A stretch of 39,594 nucleotides of DNA from an uncultured Alkaliphilus sp. (GTDB lineage: Bacteria > Bacillota > Clostridia > Peptostreptococcales > Natronincolaceae): the NCBI GenBank assembly GCA_964383985.1, contig CAYLIZ010000003.1, positions 1-39,594 on the forward strand. Direction: 5' to 3'. Of the stretch, positions 10,787 to 20,185 are shown piece after piece. Numbering within the stretch: the stretch's first letter is position 1; every line of letters starts with the position of its first letter. Under the pieces are notes generated by a model that had not been told where the DNA came from, searched no databases, and saw only the letters and a list, made by a program, of their open reading frames with translations. Both the position numbers and the translations under genes were made by a program.

Positions 10787-10809
10787 AACTACACCTCTTT
10801 CATAAGGGC

Positions 10810-11178
10810 TTAATTATCTAAAAACTTATATAATTCACGTTTAATATAAAGAATTTGTCTTACTAATTTCTCCGATGAGGAAATTAAATCTAATTCATTT
10901 TCTAAATTAATTATGCTGTCTAATATTTTTGAAATCTTTTTATTTTTAATATTTGTAAGTTCTACAAAATTGAGTTTTTTTTCATATTGATATAATAACC
11001 TTTCCGTCCTTTTTAATATATCATAAACAGCTTGCCTAGATACACCAAATTCATCAGCTATTTCCCCTAAAGATAAATCCTGATTGTAATAAAGGTCCAC
11101 TATGTCTCTCTGTTTTTCAGTCAATAATTGATTATAAAAATCATATAAAACAGAAATTTCTACTGTTTTTTCTAACAT
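10810..11178 (-). CDS. ylxM: YlxM/p13-like putative helix-turn-helix protein (UPF0122)
   Basis: 122-aa ORF with a sigma-70 region-4-like HTH (LSLGEIADEFGVSRQAVYD). It lies immediately upstream of ffh, as in other Firmicutes. Confidence 0.88.
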   Translation of the reverse strand: MLEKTVEISVLYDFYNQLLTEKQRDIVDLYYNQDLSLGEIADEFGVSRQAVYDILKRTERLLYQYEKKLNFVELTNIKNKKISKILDSIINLENELDLISSSEKLVRQILYIKRELYKFLDN

Positions 11179-11201
11179 ATAAGCACTTCCTAATTATTTA
11201 A

Positions 11202-11225
11202 CTGTAAAGTAAAATCACTTTACAG
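11202..11225 (-). promoter_or_regulatory. Stem-loop at the predicted 5' end of the ylxM-ffh transcript (alternatively a weak ftsY terminator)
   Basis: Perfect 9-bp stem ctgtaaagt/actttacag with a 6-nt loop. It starts about 6 nt downstream of the predicted -10. There is no clear U-tract. Confidence 0.4.
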
Positions 11226-11230
11226 GTGCA

Positions 11231-11259
11231 ATTCTATACCAAAAAAAGTTATGTGTCAA
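11231..11259 (-). promoter_or_regulatory. SigA-type promoter for ylxM-ffh-rpsP...
   Basis: On the minus strand, TTGACA, a 17-nt spacer, then TAGAAT. It begins 5 nt after the ftsY stop codon. Confidence 0.5.
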
Positions 11260-11263
11260 GCAC

Positions 11264-12355
11264 TTATTCATCTTCCCCAAATATTGCCTCAATAAAGGTT
11301 TTAGGATCAAATTCCTGTAAATCTTCCATCTGTTCCCCGATCCCTATAAACTTAACAGGGATGTTCAATTCCCTACTTATTCCTACAACTACCCCGCCCT
11401 TTGCTGTTCCGTCCAGCTTTGTTAATACAAGACCGGTAATTTGTGCTACCTCTTTAAATATTTTTGCTTGTTGAACAGCATTTTGCCCGGTGGTAGCATC
11501 TAAAACTAATAAAATCTCCTTGGATGCCTTACTGTACTCCCGATCTACAATCCTGAATATTTTATTCAGTTCATTCATTAAATTCTTTTTATTATGAAGC
11601 CTACCTGCAGTATCACATATTAATACATCTATGCCCCGTGCCTTTGCAGCATGTATAGCATCATATATAACAGCAGCAGGATCTGCGCCTTCTTGGTGTC
11701 GTATTACATCTACACCAACCCTATCACCCCAAATTTTTAATTGATCTATAGCGGCAGCTCGGAAAGTATCCCCTGCAGCTAACAATACTTTTCTATCTTC
11801 ATTTTTAAAACGGTAAGCCATCTTAGCAATAGAGGTTGTTTTCCCCACGCCATTTACGCCCACCACTAAAATAATTGCAGGTGAAGGTTCTATATTAATT
11901 CGAGAATCCGGTAATTCTTCTAATATATCCTTTAACTTTTCCATAAGCAATTTTTTAATTTGGACAGGGTCTGAAACTTTTTCTGTTCTAACTTTATCTC
12001 TTAAATCATCTACTATTTCCATCGTGGTTTGAACACCAATATCCGCAGTAATTAAAATTTCTTCAAGCTCCTCAAATAAGTCCTCATCTATTTTTTTATA
12101 TAACTTGAGTAGATCATCAACTCGGCCGGTAATCCCATTTTTAGTTTTAGAAAGCCCGTCCTTCAATCGCTTAAATAAATTAAATTTGGATTTATCCCCC
12201 GTGCCTCCTATATGACCCTGGTAATATGCATCTTTTGCTTTCTTCTCACTCAAATCATCATTTTCGTCAACTTTATATTCCTTTACATCTGATAGATCCT
12301 TCGCTTTGTTATCTTTTCTTGTAAATCTATCAACAAAATTTTTAAGCATTTTCAT
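11264..12355 (-). CDS. ftsY: SRP receptor FtsY
   Basis: NG domain motifs (GVNGVGKTTS, DTAGRLH, TKLDGTAKGG). There is an N-terminal charged extension of about 55 aa before the usual F..FKRLKDGLSKT segment. Confidence 0.96.
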   Translation of the reverse strand: MKMLKNFVDRFTRKDNKAKDLSDVKEYKVDENDDLSEKKAKDAYYQGHIGGTGDKSKFNLFKRLKDGLSKTKNGITGRVDDLLKLYKKIDEDLFEELEEILITADIGVQTTMEIVDDLRDKVRTEKVSDPVQIKKLLMEKLKDILEELPDSRINIEPSPAIILVVGVNGVGKTTSIAKMAYRFKNEDRKVLLAAGDTFRAAAIDQLKIWGDRVGVDVIRHQEGADPAAVIYDAIHAAKARGIDVLICDTAGRLHNKKNLMNELNKIFRIVDREYSKASKEILLVLDATTGQNAVQQAKIFKEVAQITGLVLTKLDGTAKGGVVVGISRELNIPVKFIGIGEQMEDLQEFDPKTFIEAIFGEDE

Positions 12356-12365
12356 CCTCCCCTTT

Positions 12366-12431
12366 AAACGATAGTTGAACGATGGTTGAACAATAGTTGA
12401 ACAATCGCTAAACGATGGTTAAACAATCGTT
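12366..12431. repeat. Tandem array of six 11-bp units (consensus RAAC-RATN-GTT)
   Basis: The units are aaacgatagtt, gaacgatggtt, gaacaatagtt, gaacaatcgct, aaacgatggtt and aaacaatcgtt. The array runs from the rnc stop codon to 3 nt before the ftsY SD. Confidence 0.9.
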
Positions 12432-13128
12432 AATCTAGTGCTCTTTTAGCAGCACTTTGCTCTGCTTCCTTTTTGCTTTTACCCTGCCCCTTACCTAATA
12501 CTTTTTTACCTAATACCACCTCAACTTCAAAAGTTTTATCATGATCAGGTCCGGTTTCACTTACTACCCTATAACTAATTTTATCATCAAACTTGCTTTG
12601 CAGTAACTCCTGAAGATCTGTTTTGTAATCCTTAAACAAATTACCTGTACTGGCTAATTTTATACTTTCCTCCAACATATTTAAAATAAATTTACGTGCT
12701 GTCTCAATTCCTCCATCTAAATATAATGCTCCTATGACAGCCTCAAATGTATCTGCTAATATAGAAATTCTATCCCTTCCACCTGTCACTTCTTCTCCCT
12801 TACCTAACAACAAGTATTTACCTAAGTTTATTGATTTAGCCTGACGGGCTAGAGATGATTCACATACAACATTAGCCCTTATTTTTGTCAATTCACCTTC
12901 GGGTAAATTTTTATACCTTAGATAGACATATTCACTAACCACAGTATCTAAAACTGAATCACCTAAAAATTCTAACCTTTCATTATTATAAATATATTTC
13001 CCCCGATATTCATTAGAATACGAACTATGGGTTAATGCTTCGTTTATAATGTTTGTTTTTTTGAATTGATATTTTATTATATCCTGAAATTCCTTTATCT
13101 GCTCTAGACGTTTTTTATCTAGTTTCAT
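12430..13128 (-). CDS. rnc: Ribonuclease III
   Basis: RNase III signature ERLEFLGDSVL and a C-terminal dsRNA-binding domain (GPDHDKTFEV...GKSKKEAEQSAA). Confidence 0.96.
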   Translation of the reverse strand: MKLDKKRLEQIKEFQDIIKYQFKKTNIINEALTHSSYSNEYRGKYIYNNERLEFLGDSVLDTVVSEYVYLRYKNLPEGELTKIRANVVCESSLARQAKSINLGKYLLLGKGEEVTGGRDRISILADTFEAVIGALYLDGGIETARKFILNMLEESIKLASTGNLFKDYKTDLQELLQSKFDDKISYRVVSETGPDHDKTFEVEVVLGKKVLGKGQGKSKKEAEQSAAKRALD

Positions 13129-13244
13129 CTTATTTACCTCCGCAGTTTCTTATAACAACCCCGGTTATAACTTAAACTAAACTGAAAGCCGGAGTTCAAA
13201 TGTTAAGGTGCCAAAAACTAATAGTAAGTTTTCCTTATTGTACT

Positions 13245-13253
13245 ATTATACCA
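13245..13253 (-). promoter_or_regulatory. Extended -10 element upstream of rnc
   Basis: Minus-strand TGgTATAAT, located just downstream of the fabF terminator and about 115 nt upstream of the rnc ATG. Confidence 0.35.
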
Positions 13254-13261
13254 TTTTAATT

Positions 13262-13293
13262 GCAAAAAATTATAGGAAGAAGAATCTTCTTCC
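13262..13293 (-). terminator. Intrinsic terminator after fabF
   Basis: 8-bp stem ggaagaag/cttcttcc (13275-13293) with a 3-nt loop, followed on the minus strand by AUAAUUUUUUGC. Confidence 0.7.
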
Positions 13294-13319
13294 TACAACA
13301 AATGTGTCATTACAAGCAA

Positions 13320-14558
13320 CTATTCATATTTTTTGAAAATAATAGTAGCATTATGACCGCCAAAGCCTAAAGAATTTGAAAGAGCATACCTTACATCTGC
13401 TTTTTTTGCCACATTTGGAACATAGTTTAAATCACATTCCGGGTCCGGTATTTCATAGTTAATTGTAGGTGGTACAGTTCCATTTATAATAGCCATAATA
13501 CAGGCGATGGCTTCTACACTCCCCGCAGCGCCTAAAAGATGAGCGGTCATTGATTTTGTTGAACTTATATTCAACTCGTATGCATGTTCCTTGAATACCT
13601 TCTTGATTGCCTCGGTTTCAAATTTATCGTTGAGTATTGTACTCGAACCATGTGCGTTAATATAATCTATAATATCGTAGTTTATATTAGCATCCTCCAA
13701 AGCACACCTCATAGCTCTAGCCGCCCCCTCGCCGCCCGGTGCAGGAGCAGTAATATGGTATGCATCAGAACTTCCTCCATAGCCTACAAGTTCTGCATAA
13801 ATAATAGCGCCCCTTTCAAGGGCATGTTCTAATTCTTCTATTAAAAGTATTCCGGCACCTTCACCCATTATAAATCCGTCTCTATTTTTATCAAAAGGTC
13901 TGCTGGCCCCCTGAGGGTTATCATTATTAGTTGACATAGCTCTCATAGAACAAAAACCTGCCACGGATAATGGTGTAATAGGAGCTTCAGTACCCCCTGT
14001 AATCATAATATCCGCATCCCCATACCGGATTGTACGAAAAGCTTCCCCTATGGCATTCGTAGAAGATGCACACGCGGTAATAACCGACATATTTGGGCCT
14101 TTTGCTTCTAGTGCAATAGACACCTGACCGGATGCCATATTAGATATCATCATAGGAACAAAAAACGGACTAACTCTCCCCGGGCCCCTCTCTATAAGCC
14201 GCGAGGCCTGGTCTTCTAATGTATCCATTCCACCTATACCGGAACCTAAAATAACACCAAAACGTTCTGAATTTATTTCCCCGGTATCTAATTCTGCATC
14301 TTCTACTGCCATTCGTGCAGCAGCAACCGCAAATTGAATAAATCTGTCCATCCTTTTAATCTCTCTTTTGTCAATATAATCCTCGGCATTGAAATCTTTC
14401 ACCTCTGCGGCAATCTTAGTATTAAAGTCTTTAGTTTCGAATTTTGTAATATAATCTATACCTGATGTACCATTTATTAATGAATTCCAAAATTTATCCT
14501 TGCCGATACCTACAGGTGTAATGCATCCTATTCCCGTTACTACTACCCTTCTTTTCAT
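13320..14558 (-). CDS. fabF: 3-oxoacyl-ACP synthase II
   Basis: 412-aa KAS II with the active-site Cys context ITACASS, His motifs (AHGSST, HLLGAAG) and C-terminal GFGGHN. Confidence 0.96.
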   Translation of the reverse strand: MKRRVVVTGIGCITPVGIGKDKFWNSLINGTSGIDYITKFETKDFNTKIAAEVKDFNAEDYIDKREIKRMDRFIQFAVAAARMAVEDAELDTGEINSERFGVILGSGIGGMDTLEDQASRLIERGPGRVSPFFVPMMISNMASGQVSIALEAKGPNMSVITACASSTNAIGEAFRTIRYGDADIMITGGTEAPITPLSVAGFCSMRAMSTNNDNPQGASRPFDKNRDGFIMGEGAGILLIEELEHALERGAIIYAELVGYGGSSDAYHITAPAPGGEGAARAMRCALEDANINYDIIDYINAHGSSTILNDKFETEAIKKVFKEHAYELNISSTKSMTAHLLGAAGSVEAIACIMAIINGTVPPTINYEIPDPECDLNYVPNVAKKADVRYALSNSLGFGGHNATIIFKKYE

Positions 14559-14578
14559 AGTATCGCCTCCCCTATTAC

Positions 14579-14603
14579 AAAATCCCGATTTAATCGGGAT
14601 TTT
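14579..14603 (-). terminator. Hairpin between acpP and fabF (probable partial terminator or attenuator)
   Basis: Perfect 11-bp stem aaaatcccgat/atcgggatttt with a 3-nt loop. The 3' arm ends in UUUU on the minus strand. It starts 6 nt after the acpP stop. Confidence 0.55.
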
Positions 14604-14609
14604 ATACAG

Positions 14610-14840
14610 CTATTTATTGGCATCTATGTAATTAACTATATCACCAATATCTTTAAAATTTTCAGCATCTTCGTCCGGAATTTCAATGCCAAATTCATCC
14701 TCAATACTCATGACTATTTCAACAGCATCCAGAGAATCTGCCTCTAGGTCATCCATCAGTGAAGTAGTTTCAGTAATTTCACCGGCGTCCTCTACACCTA
14801 ATTGTTCAGCAATAATCTTAACAACTTTTTCAAACGTCAT
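14610..14840 (-). CDS. acpP: Acyl carrier protein
   Basis: 76-aa acidic protein with the phosphopantetheine attachment motif [10 protein letters not shown]. Confidence 0.96.
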   Translation of the reverse strand: MTFEKVVKIIAEQLGVEDAGEITETTSLMDDLEADSLDAVEIVMSIEDEFGIEIPDEDAENFKDIGDIVNYIDANK

Positions 14841-14888
14841 GTTAATTTCCTCCTTAATTTTATTTATATTTAAATATTTTAAAGCAAT

Positions 14889-15632
14889 TTACATTGCCAT
14901 ACCACCATCAACATGAATCACTTGACCGGTGATATAACCGGCCTTATCGCTGCTTAAAAATGCTACTAAATTCGCAACATCCTGAGGTTTTCCATATTTG
15001 CCCATAGGAATAGTCTTCATTATATCCTCTTTAACATTTTCCGGCAGAATTTTTGTCATATCGGTCTCTATAAATCCCGGCGCGATTGCATTAACTGTAA
15101 TATTTTTGGTTGCCACCTCTTTTGCAAGAGACTTTGTAAACCCTATAACACCGGCTTTTGATGCAGAATAATTTACCTGCCCCGGGTTTCCGGTAATTCC
15201 TACTATTGATGATATATTAATAATTCTTCCATACTTTTGCCTGATCATTTTTCTAATAACAGCTTTTGTACATAGAAATACACCTTTCAGGTTTATCTCT
15301 ATTACTTGATCCCAGTCCTTTTCTTTCATTCTTACAAAAATACTATCCTTCGTAATTCCGGCATTATTTATTAAGATATCTATTCCATCAAAATTTTCAT
15401 TAATTTCATTAATCATACTATCTACTTCTTCAGCTTTTGAAACATTTGCTTTAACTGCTAACCCCTTAACATTAAAACCTTCTATTTCCTCTATGATGTT
15501 TGCTGCATTTTCATCATTATTTGCATAGTTTATAATAACATTTGCACCCTCTCCGGCAAGTGTTAGAGCGATAGCTCTGCCTATACCCCTGGAACCCCCT
15601 GTTACTAAAACAGTCCTTCCTGTTAAACTCAA
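14889..15632 (-). CDS. fabG: 3-oxoacyl-ACP reductase
   Basis: SDR motifs TGGSRGIG, NNAG and YSASKAG. The TTG start (15630-15632) is preceded by GGAGGGG embedded in the end of fabD. Confidence 0.95.
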   Translation of the reverse strand: MSLTGRTVLVTGGSRGIGRAIALTLAGEGANVIINYANNDENAANIIEEIEGFNVKGLAVKANVSKAEEVDSMINEINENFDGIDILINNAGITKDSIFVRMKEKDWDQVIEINLKGVFLCTKAVIRKMIRQKYGRIINISSIVGITGNPGQVNYSASKAGVIGFTKSLAKEVATKNITVNAIAPGFIETDMTKILPENVKEDIMKTIPMGKYGKPQDVANLVAFLSSDKAGYITGQVIHVDGGMAM

Positions 15633-15634
15633 AT

Positions 15635-16585
15635 CTACCCCTCCAATTTTACATTTGTTAATTGTTCGAAATTATCCATATTTTCTACATTATAAATATT
15701 TACTTCAGTTTCTTTATTTTCAGCTATTCTTTTTACAAGAGATGATAAAATTTTACCAGGTCCAATTTCTATAAAAGTCCTTACTCCTTCGTCTATCATT
15801 AATGAAATAGAATCCTCCCATAAAATAGATTTGCTTACTTGATTAACTAAAGAAGGTATAACTTCTAACTTAGATGATAAAACCTTGGCACTTACATTAG
15901 TTACAACCGGTATTTCGGGTTCATTTATGTTTAATTTCTCCAAATCTTTTTGAAGTTTTTCTCCGGCACCCTTGAGTAAACTGCAATGAAATGGAGCACT
16001 CACCGGCAATAAAACGGCTTTCTTAGCGCCAACTTCTTTAGCTTTTTTAACTGTTGCTTCTACTGCCTTTATTTCGCCGGAAATGACTATTTGTCCCGGA
16101 CAATTATAATTAGCCGCTTCTACTATTCCATGTCGTTTAGAGTTTTCAATACATAGTTTAAGTTGTTCCCTATCCAACCCTAAAATAGCTGCCATAGTGC
16201 CTACGCCGATTGGCACTTCATTTTGCATATACTTACCCCTTTTTTGCACTAATTTAACCGCATCCTTAAATGAAAATACATTTGATTTAACTAAAGAAGC
16301 ATATTCGCCGAGACTTAATCCCGCAGTTATATCACAACTAATCCCCTCTTCTTCTAACACCCTCAATATGGCAATGGAGGTAGCCAATATGGCCGGTTGG
16401 GTATTTTCTGTTTTTACTAGCTCATTTTCCGGACCCTCGAAACAGAGTTTTTTCATATCTATATTTATTTCATCACTTACCTCTTCGAAAACAGTTTTTA
16501 CAATTGGAAAATTATCAAAAAAATCTTTTCCCATTCCTACATATTGAGCCCCTTGACCCGGAAAAATAAAAGCAACTCTATTCAT
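15635..16585 (-). CDS. fabD: Malonyl-CoA:ACP transacylase
   Basis: FIFPGQGAQYVGMG N-terminus and active-site GLSLGEY. Confidence 0.95.
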   Translation of the reverse strand: MNRVAFIFPGQGAQYVGMGKDFFDNFPIVKTVFEEVSDEINIDMKKLCFEGPENELVKTENTQPAILATSIAILRVLEEEGISCDITAGLSLGEYASLVKSNVFSFKDAVKLVQKRGKYMQNEVPIGVGTMAAILGLDREQLKLCIENSKRHGIVEAANYNCPGQIVISGEIKAVEATVKKAKEVGAKKAVLLPVSAPFHCSLLKGAGEKLQKDLEKLNINEPEIPVVTNVSAKVLSSKLEVIPSLVNQVSKSILWEDSISLMIDEGVRTFIEIGPGKILSSLVKRIAENKETEVNIYNVENMDNFEQLTNVKLEG

Positions 16586-16588
16586 CTA

Positions 16589-17539
16589 TTATACCCCCAT
16601 GTAAAACTTACTTATTAAATCAAATTGATTTTTAGCATCTAGTATAACTTCCTCTAGTATTTCCTTACAAGGTTGAATTTTATTAATCATACCGGCAACT
16701 TGACCAGCCATCACGGAACCATTTTCAACATCACCATCTACCGCAGCTAATTTAAGTTTTTCCCGTCCTAACCGTTCAATCTCCTCTACTGTAGTACCTT
16801 CTTTTTCTAGTTTAGAAAATTGTCTTGCCAACTTATTTCTTAACACCCTTATTGGATGTCCGGTAACCTTTGCTGTAACCACCGCATCCCTATCCTTTGC
16901 TTTTAATATCATATTTTTATAATTTTTATGTACTGTACATTCTTCTGCGCAAATAAACCTTGTTCCCATTTGCACACCTTCTGCCCCCAGTGATAAAGCA
17001 GCTAATAAACCTCTCCCGTCAGCAATTCCTCCAGCCGCAATAACAGGGATATTAACCGCATCTACTACCTGAGGCACCAATGCCATTGTAGTAAGCTCCC
17101 CTATATGCCCCCCTGCCTCTGTTCCTTCTACAATAACAGCATCTGCCCCTAGATTTTCCATCCTTTTTGCAAGTGCAACGGAGGGTACAACCGGAATTAC
17201 TTTAGTTCCAATATCTTTAAACCTTTTAATAAATTTAGCAGGGTTTCCTGCACCCGTAGTAACCACAGGTACTTTATATTTATAAACAATATCTACTACC
17301 TTTTCCGCAAAAAGAGAGAATAACATGATGTTTACTCCAAAAGGTTTATCAGTCAATTTTCTAATTTTTATAATCTCTTCTTCAACAACTTCAGCAGAGG
17401 CGTTCCCCGCACCAATAATACCAATTCCACCCGCTTCGGACACGGCTGCTGCCAATTCCGCTGTAGCTATCCAAGCCATGCCCCCTTGTATTATGGGGTA
17501 TTCAATACCCAATATTTCACATAGCCTAGTATTAATCAT
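16589..17539 (-). CDS. fabK: Enoyl-ACP reductase II (FMN-dependent, FabK/NPD family)
   Basis: 316-aa TIM-barrel NPD-family protein (IIQGGMAWIA, EGTEAGGH, AAGGIADGRG). It sits between fabH and fabD. Confidence 0.9.
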   Translation of the reverse strand: MINTRLCEILGIEYPIIQGGMAWIATAELAAAVSEAGGIGIIGAGNASAEVVEEEIIKIRKLTDKPFGVNIMLFSLFAEKVVDIVYKYKVPVVTTGAGNPAKFIKRFKDIGTKVIPVVPSVALAKRMENLGADAVIVEGTEAGGHIGELTTMALVPQVVDAVNIPVIAAGGIADGRGLLAALSLGAEGVQMGTRFICAEECTVHKNYKNMILKAKDRDAVVTAKVTGHPIRVLRNKLARQFSKLEKEGTTVEEIERLGREKLKLAAVDGDVENGSVMAGQVAGMINKIQPCKEILEEVILDAKNQFDLISKFYMGV

Positions 17540-17558
17540 AAAGTTAACCTCCTGAAAA

Positions 17559-18554
17559 CTATTTGCACCATTTAATTACAGAAGAGCCCCATGATAAACC
17601 CCCACCAAATGCAACCAGTATTATTATATCCCCTGCTTTAACATTACCTTTTTTGACGGCTTCATCTAATGCTACGGGAATAGAAGCTACAGACATATTT
17701 CCATAATTATTTAAATTTACATGCACTTTATCCATAGTTAAATTAATTTTTTTCGCAACTGCTTCTATAATTCTTATGTTAGCCTGATGAGGAATCATAT
17801 AATTCACATCTTCCATATTATAACCTATATTTCCTATAATTTCTAATGCTGATTTTGCCATAATCCTTACAGCGAACTTAAACACTTCTCTCCCATCCAT
17901 ATGTATACAGTGCAAATTATTTAAAACAGTTTTTTCCGATGCCGGCATTCTAGAACCCCCTGCCGGCTGTGTTAAATAATCCCCTCTAGCTCCATCGGAA
18001 CCTAGATTACTAGAGAGTATACCAAAACCTTCATCAACTTGCTGCAATACTGCCGCCCCGGCTCCATCACCAAATAAAACACAAGTGCTACGATCTTTCC
18101 AATTAACTATTTTACTTAAGGTCTCTGCGCCGATTATTAATGCATTTTTATATACATCTGTTTTAATAAATTGTTCTCCAATAGCCATACCATATAAAAA
18201 CCCCGAACATGCTGCTTCTATATCAAATGCTACTGCTTTTTTGGCACCAATGTTTTTTTGTACAATACAGGCAGTAGAGGGAAAACTCATATCAGGGGTT
18301 ACAGTAGCTACTATAATTAAATCAATTTCCTCCGAGGATAAGCCTGCATCCCTAATAGCTATTTTAGCGGCCTCTGTAGCCAAATCTGACGTTGCGATTT
18401 TATCATCAGCAATTCTTCTTTTGCATATTCCGGTTCTGGTTTTAATCCACTCATCAGTTGTATCTACCATCTTTTCTAAATCAAAATTGGTTAACTCTCT
18501 TTCAGGAAGACAACTTCCTGTCCCTGTAATTCCTACTGACAAAAATTTATTCAA
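17559..18554 (-). CDS. fabH: 3-oxoacyl-ACP synthase III
   Basis: KAS III catalytic motifs [14 protein letters not shown] and GNMSVASIP. It overlaps the plsX stop by 8 nt. Confidence 0.96.
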   Translation of the reverse strand: MNKFLSVGITGTGSCLPERELTNFDLEKMVDTTDEWIKTRTGICKRRIADDKIATSDLATEAAKIAIRDAGLSSEEIDLIIVATVTPDMSFPSTACIVQKNIGAKKAVAFDIEAACSGFLYGMAIGEQFIKTDVYKNALIIGAETLSKIVNWKDRSTCVLFGDGAGAAVLQQVDEGFGILSSNLGSDGARGDYLTQPAGGSRMPASEKTVLNNLHCIHMDGREVFKFAVRIMAKSALEIIGNIGYNMEDVNYMIPHQANIRIIEAVAKKINLTMDKVHVNLNNYGNMSVASIPVALDEAVKKGNVKAGDIIILVAFGGGLSWGSSVIKWCK

Positions 18555-19554
18555 TAATATCCTCTCCCAAACTAGTAATTTCTTTAGCTATATCATTTAT
18601 TACGTCATTTTCTATAAACTTAATACCCTGTCTTACTGCATTTTTAATAGCCTTTCCGTCAGAACTTCCATGGGCTTTAATTAACACCCCTTTAACTCCT
18701 AAAAATGGGGCACCGCCATATTCTGTATAGTCAAATTGCTTCTTAAAATCTTTTAATCCTGATTTCAATAAAAATGCACCTATTTTTCTAAAGGCATTTT
18801 TAACAAATTCTCGTTTTAGTGAATTAAAAATGGAATATGCCAGCCCCTCCGTTAGCTTTAAAATAATATTTCCTGTAAAACCATCGCATACTATAACATC
18901 TGCATATCCTTTAGGTATATCTCTAGCTTCTACATTTCCTTTGAAATTAAATGGCCCACTTTGACAAAGTTTATATGCCTCTTTTACAACCTCACTTCCT
19001 TTTTCTTCTTCTAATCCTATGTTAACGGTACATACATTAGGATTTTTTACCCCGAGCACTTTCTTGGCATAGATGTTACCCATAATTCCAAATTCTAAAA
19101 AATTCCTTGGCCTACAATCTGAATTTGCGCCACCATCAATAAGCACTGATATTCCTTTAGTAGTTGGATATACAGGTGCAAGTGCCGGTCTATCTATTCC
19201 CTTGATTCTACCTAAAACTAGAAGGCCCCCTGCCAATAAAGCTCCCGTGTTTCCCGCGGATATAATAGCATCAGCTTTTTTTTCTTTGATAAGCCTCAAT
19301 GCTACTACCATTGAGGAATCTTTTTTTCTTCTGATAGCCAAAACCGGTTTGTCATCATTTGTAATCTCTTCACTACAATGAATTATTTCAATTTTTTCTT
19401 TTGGATAATCGTATTTTGCTAATTGACGTTGTATTATAGGTTCGTTACCGGTAAGTATAATATTTATATTATAGCTCTTAACTGCATCCACAGCTCCCTC
19501 AACGGTAACAGATGGAGCATTGTCCCCTCCCATTGCGTCTATAACAATTTTCAT
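18547..19554 (-). CDS. plsX: Phosphate acyltransferase PlsX
   Basis: 335-aa ORF beginning [14 protein letters not shown], with GNTGAL and CDGFTGN motifs. Confidence 0.96.
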   Translation of the reverse strand: MKIVIDAMGGDNAPSVTVEGAVDAVKSYNINIILTGNEPIIQRQLAKYDYPKEKIEIIHCSEEITNDDKPVLAIRRKKDSSMVVALRLIKEKKADAIISAGNTGALLAGGLLVLGRIKGIDRPALAPVYPTTKGISVLIDGGANSDCRPRNFLEFGIMGNIYAKKVLGVKNPNVCTVNIGLEEEKGSEVVKEAYKLCQSGPFNFKGNVEARDIPKGYADVIVCDGFTGNIILKLTEGLAYSIFNSLKREFVKNAFRKIGAFLLKSGLKDFKKQFDYTEYGGAPFLGVKGVLIKAHGSSDGKAIKNAVRQGIKFIENDVINDIAKEITSLGEDIIE

Positions 19555-19565
19555 ATTTGGCCTCC

Positions 19566-20144
19566 TTATTTGCCTTTAATTACTACCAATATGAATTTAC
19601 CCCTAAATACTTGTGCCTGATTGACATATATTTTAACATGAACAAAATGTTTATTACCCCTCACTCTTGTAACTTCTGCCTTTGCTACTAGCTTATCACC
19701 CGCACTTACAGGACTTAAATATTTTATATTAGATACGCCTGTTAATGCTACCTCAGCATCTATTACAGCCATTGCCAATGATTCCGCTTGTGAAAAAATA
19801 TGGTGTCCTCTGACTATGCTGGTTTTACTAAATGTCATTTCCGGTGTAGTTTCCAAAATTGATATTCCGCTGACACCCAAATTTAGATCCACCAGTTCAC
19901 CTACAATTTCAGTTCCTATAATACTGCGTACTTTATCATAATTTTTTTTTGCTACACTTTTAATACGCTGTCTGAGTTCCGGAATTGATAATTCCAATCT
20001 ATCCAGCCGAATAGTCTGTATGCTTACTCTGAAATGCTCAGATAGATCCTCGTCTGTCATAAAGGGGTCTTCTCTTAATAATTCTAATAACTTTTTTTGC
20101 CTGTCTGATTTGCTCAATCTTCCGGCTTTATTCACTTTTGTCAC
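19566..20144 (-). CDS. fapR: Fatty acid/phospholipid synthesis repressor FapR
   Basis: N-terminal HTH with near-identity to the B. subtilis FapR segment ([19 protein letters not shown]), plus a C-terminal hotdog fold. The ORF-track start is GTG at 20144. A second in-frame GTG 9 nt downstream has better spacing from GAGGTG, so the exact start is ambiguous. Confidence 0.92.
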   Translation of the reverse strand: MTKVNKAGRLSKSDRQKKLLELLREDPFMTDEDLSEHFRVSIQTIRLDRLELSIPELRQRIKSVAKKNYDKVRSIIGTEIVGELVDLNLGVSGISILETTPEMTFSKTSIVRGHHIFSQAESLAMAVIDAEVALTGVSNIKYLSPVSAGDKLVAKAEVTRVRGNKHFVHVKIYVNQAQVFRGKFILVVIKGK

Positions 20145-20150
20145 CTCGGT

Positions 20151-20180
20151 TTAGTACTTAAAACTAGTACCTGATTATAA
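20151..20180 (-). promoter_or_regulatory. Two overlapping FapR-operator-like boxes
   Basis: The two boxes are ttagtacttaaaactag (20151-20167) and ctagtacctgattataa (20164-20180). Both are built on the TAGTAC half-site that I recall from the 17-bp FapR operator (TTAGTAC...GTACTAA). They lie between the predicted promoter and the fapR start. Confidence 0.5.
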
Positions 20181-20185
20181 CATAA

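Noticed and set aside
12170-12355. FtsY has a charged N-terminal extension of about 55 aa ahead of the canonical start-like FNLFKRLKDGLSKT segment.
   Set aside because: Variable acidic or basic A-domain-like extensions are common in FtsY proteins. The upstream ATG has a strong GGGGAGG RBS, so this is probably a normal lineage-specific feature.
18085-18684. A 199-aa plus-strand ORF lies antisense to fabH/plsX. Similar antisense ORFs occur at 30481-30972, 24677-25150, 36221-36679, 1054-1377, 16197-16547 and other positions.
   Set aside because: These are shadow ORFs lying entirely opposite well-supported conserved genes. Their translations are low-complexity (rich in S, I, L and F), and they have no RBS or promoter.
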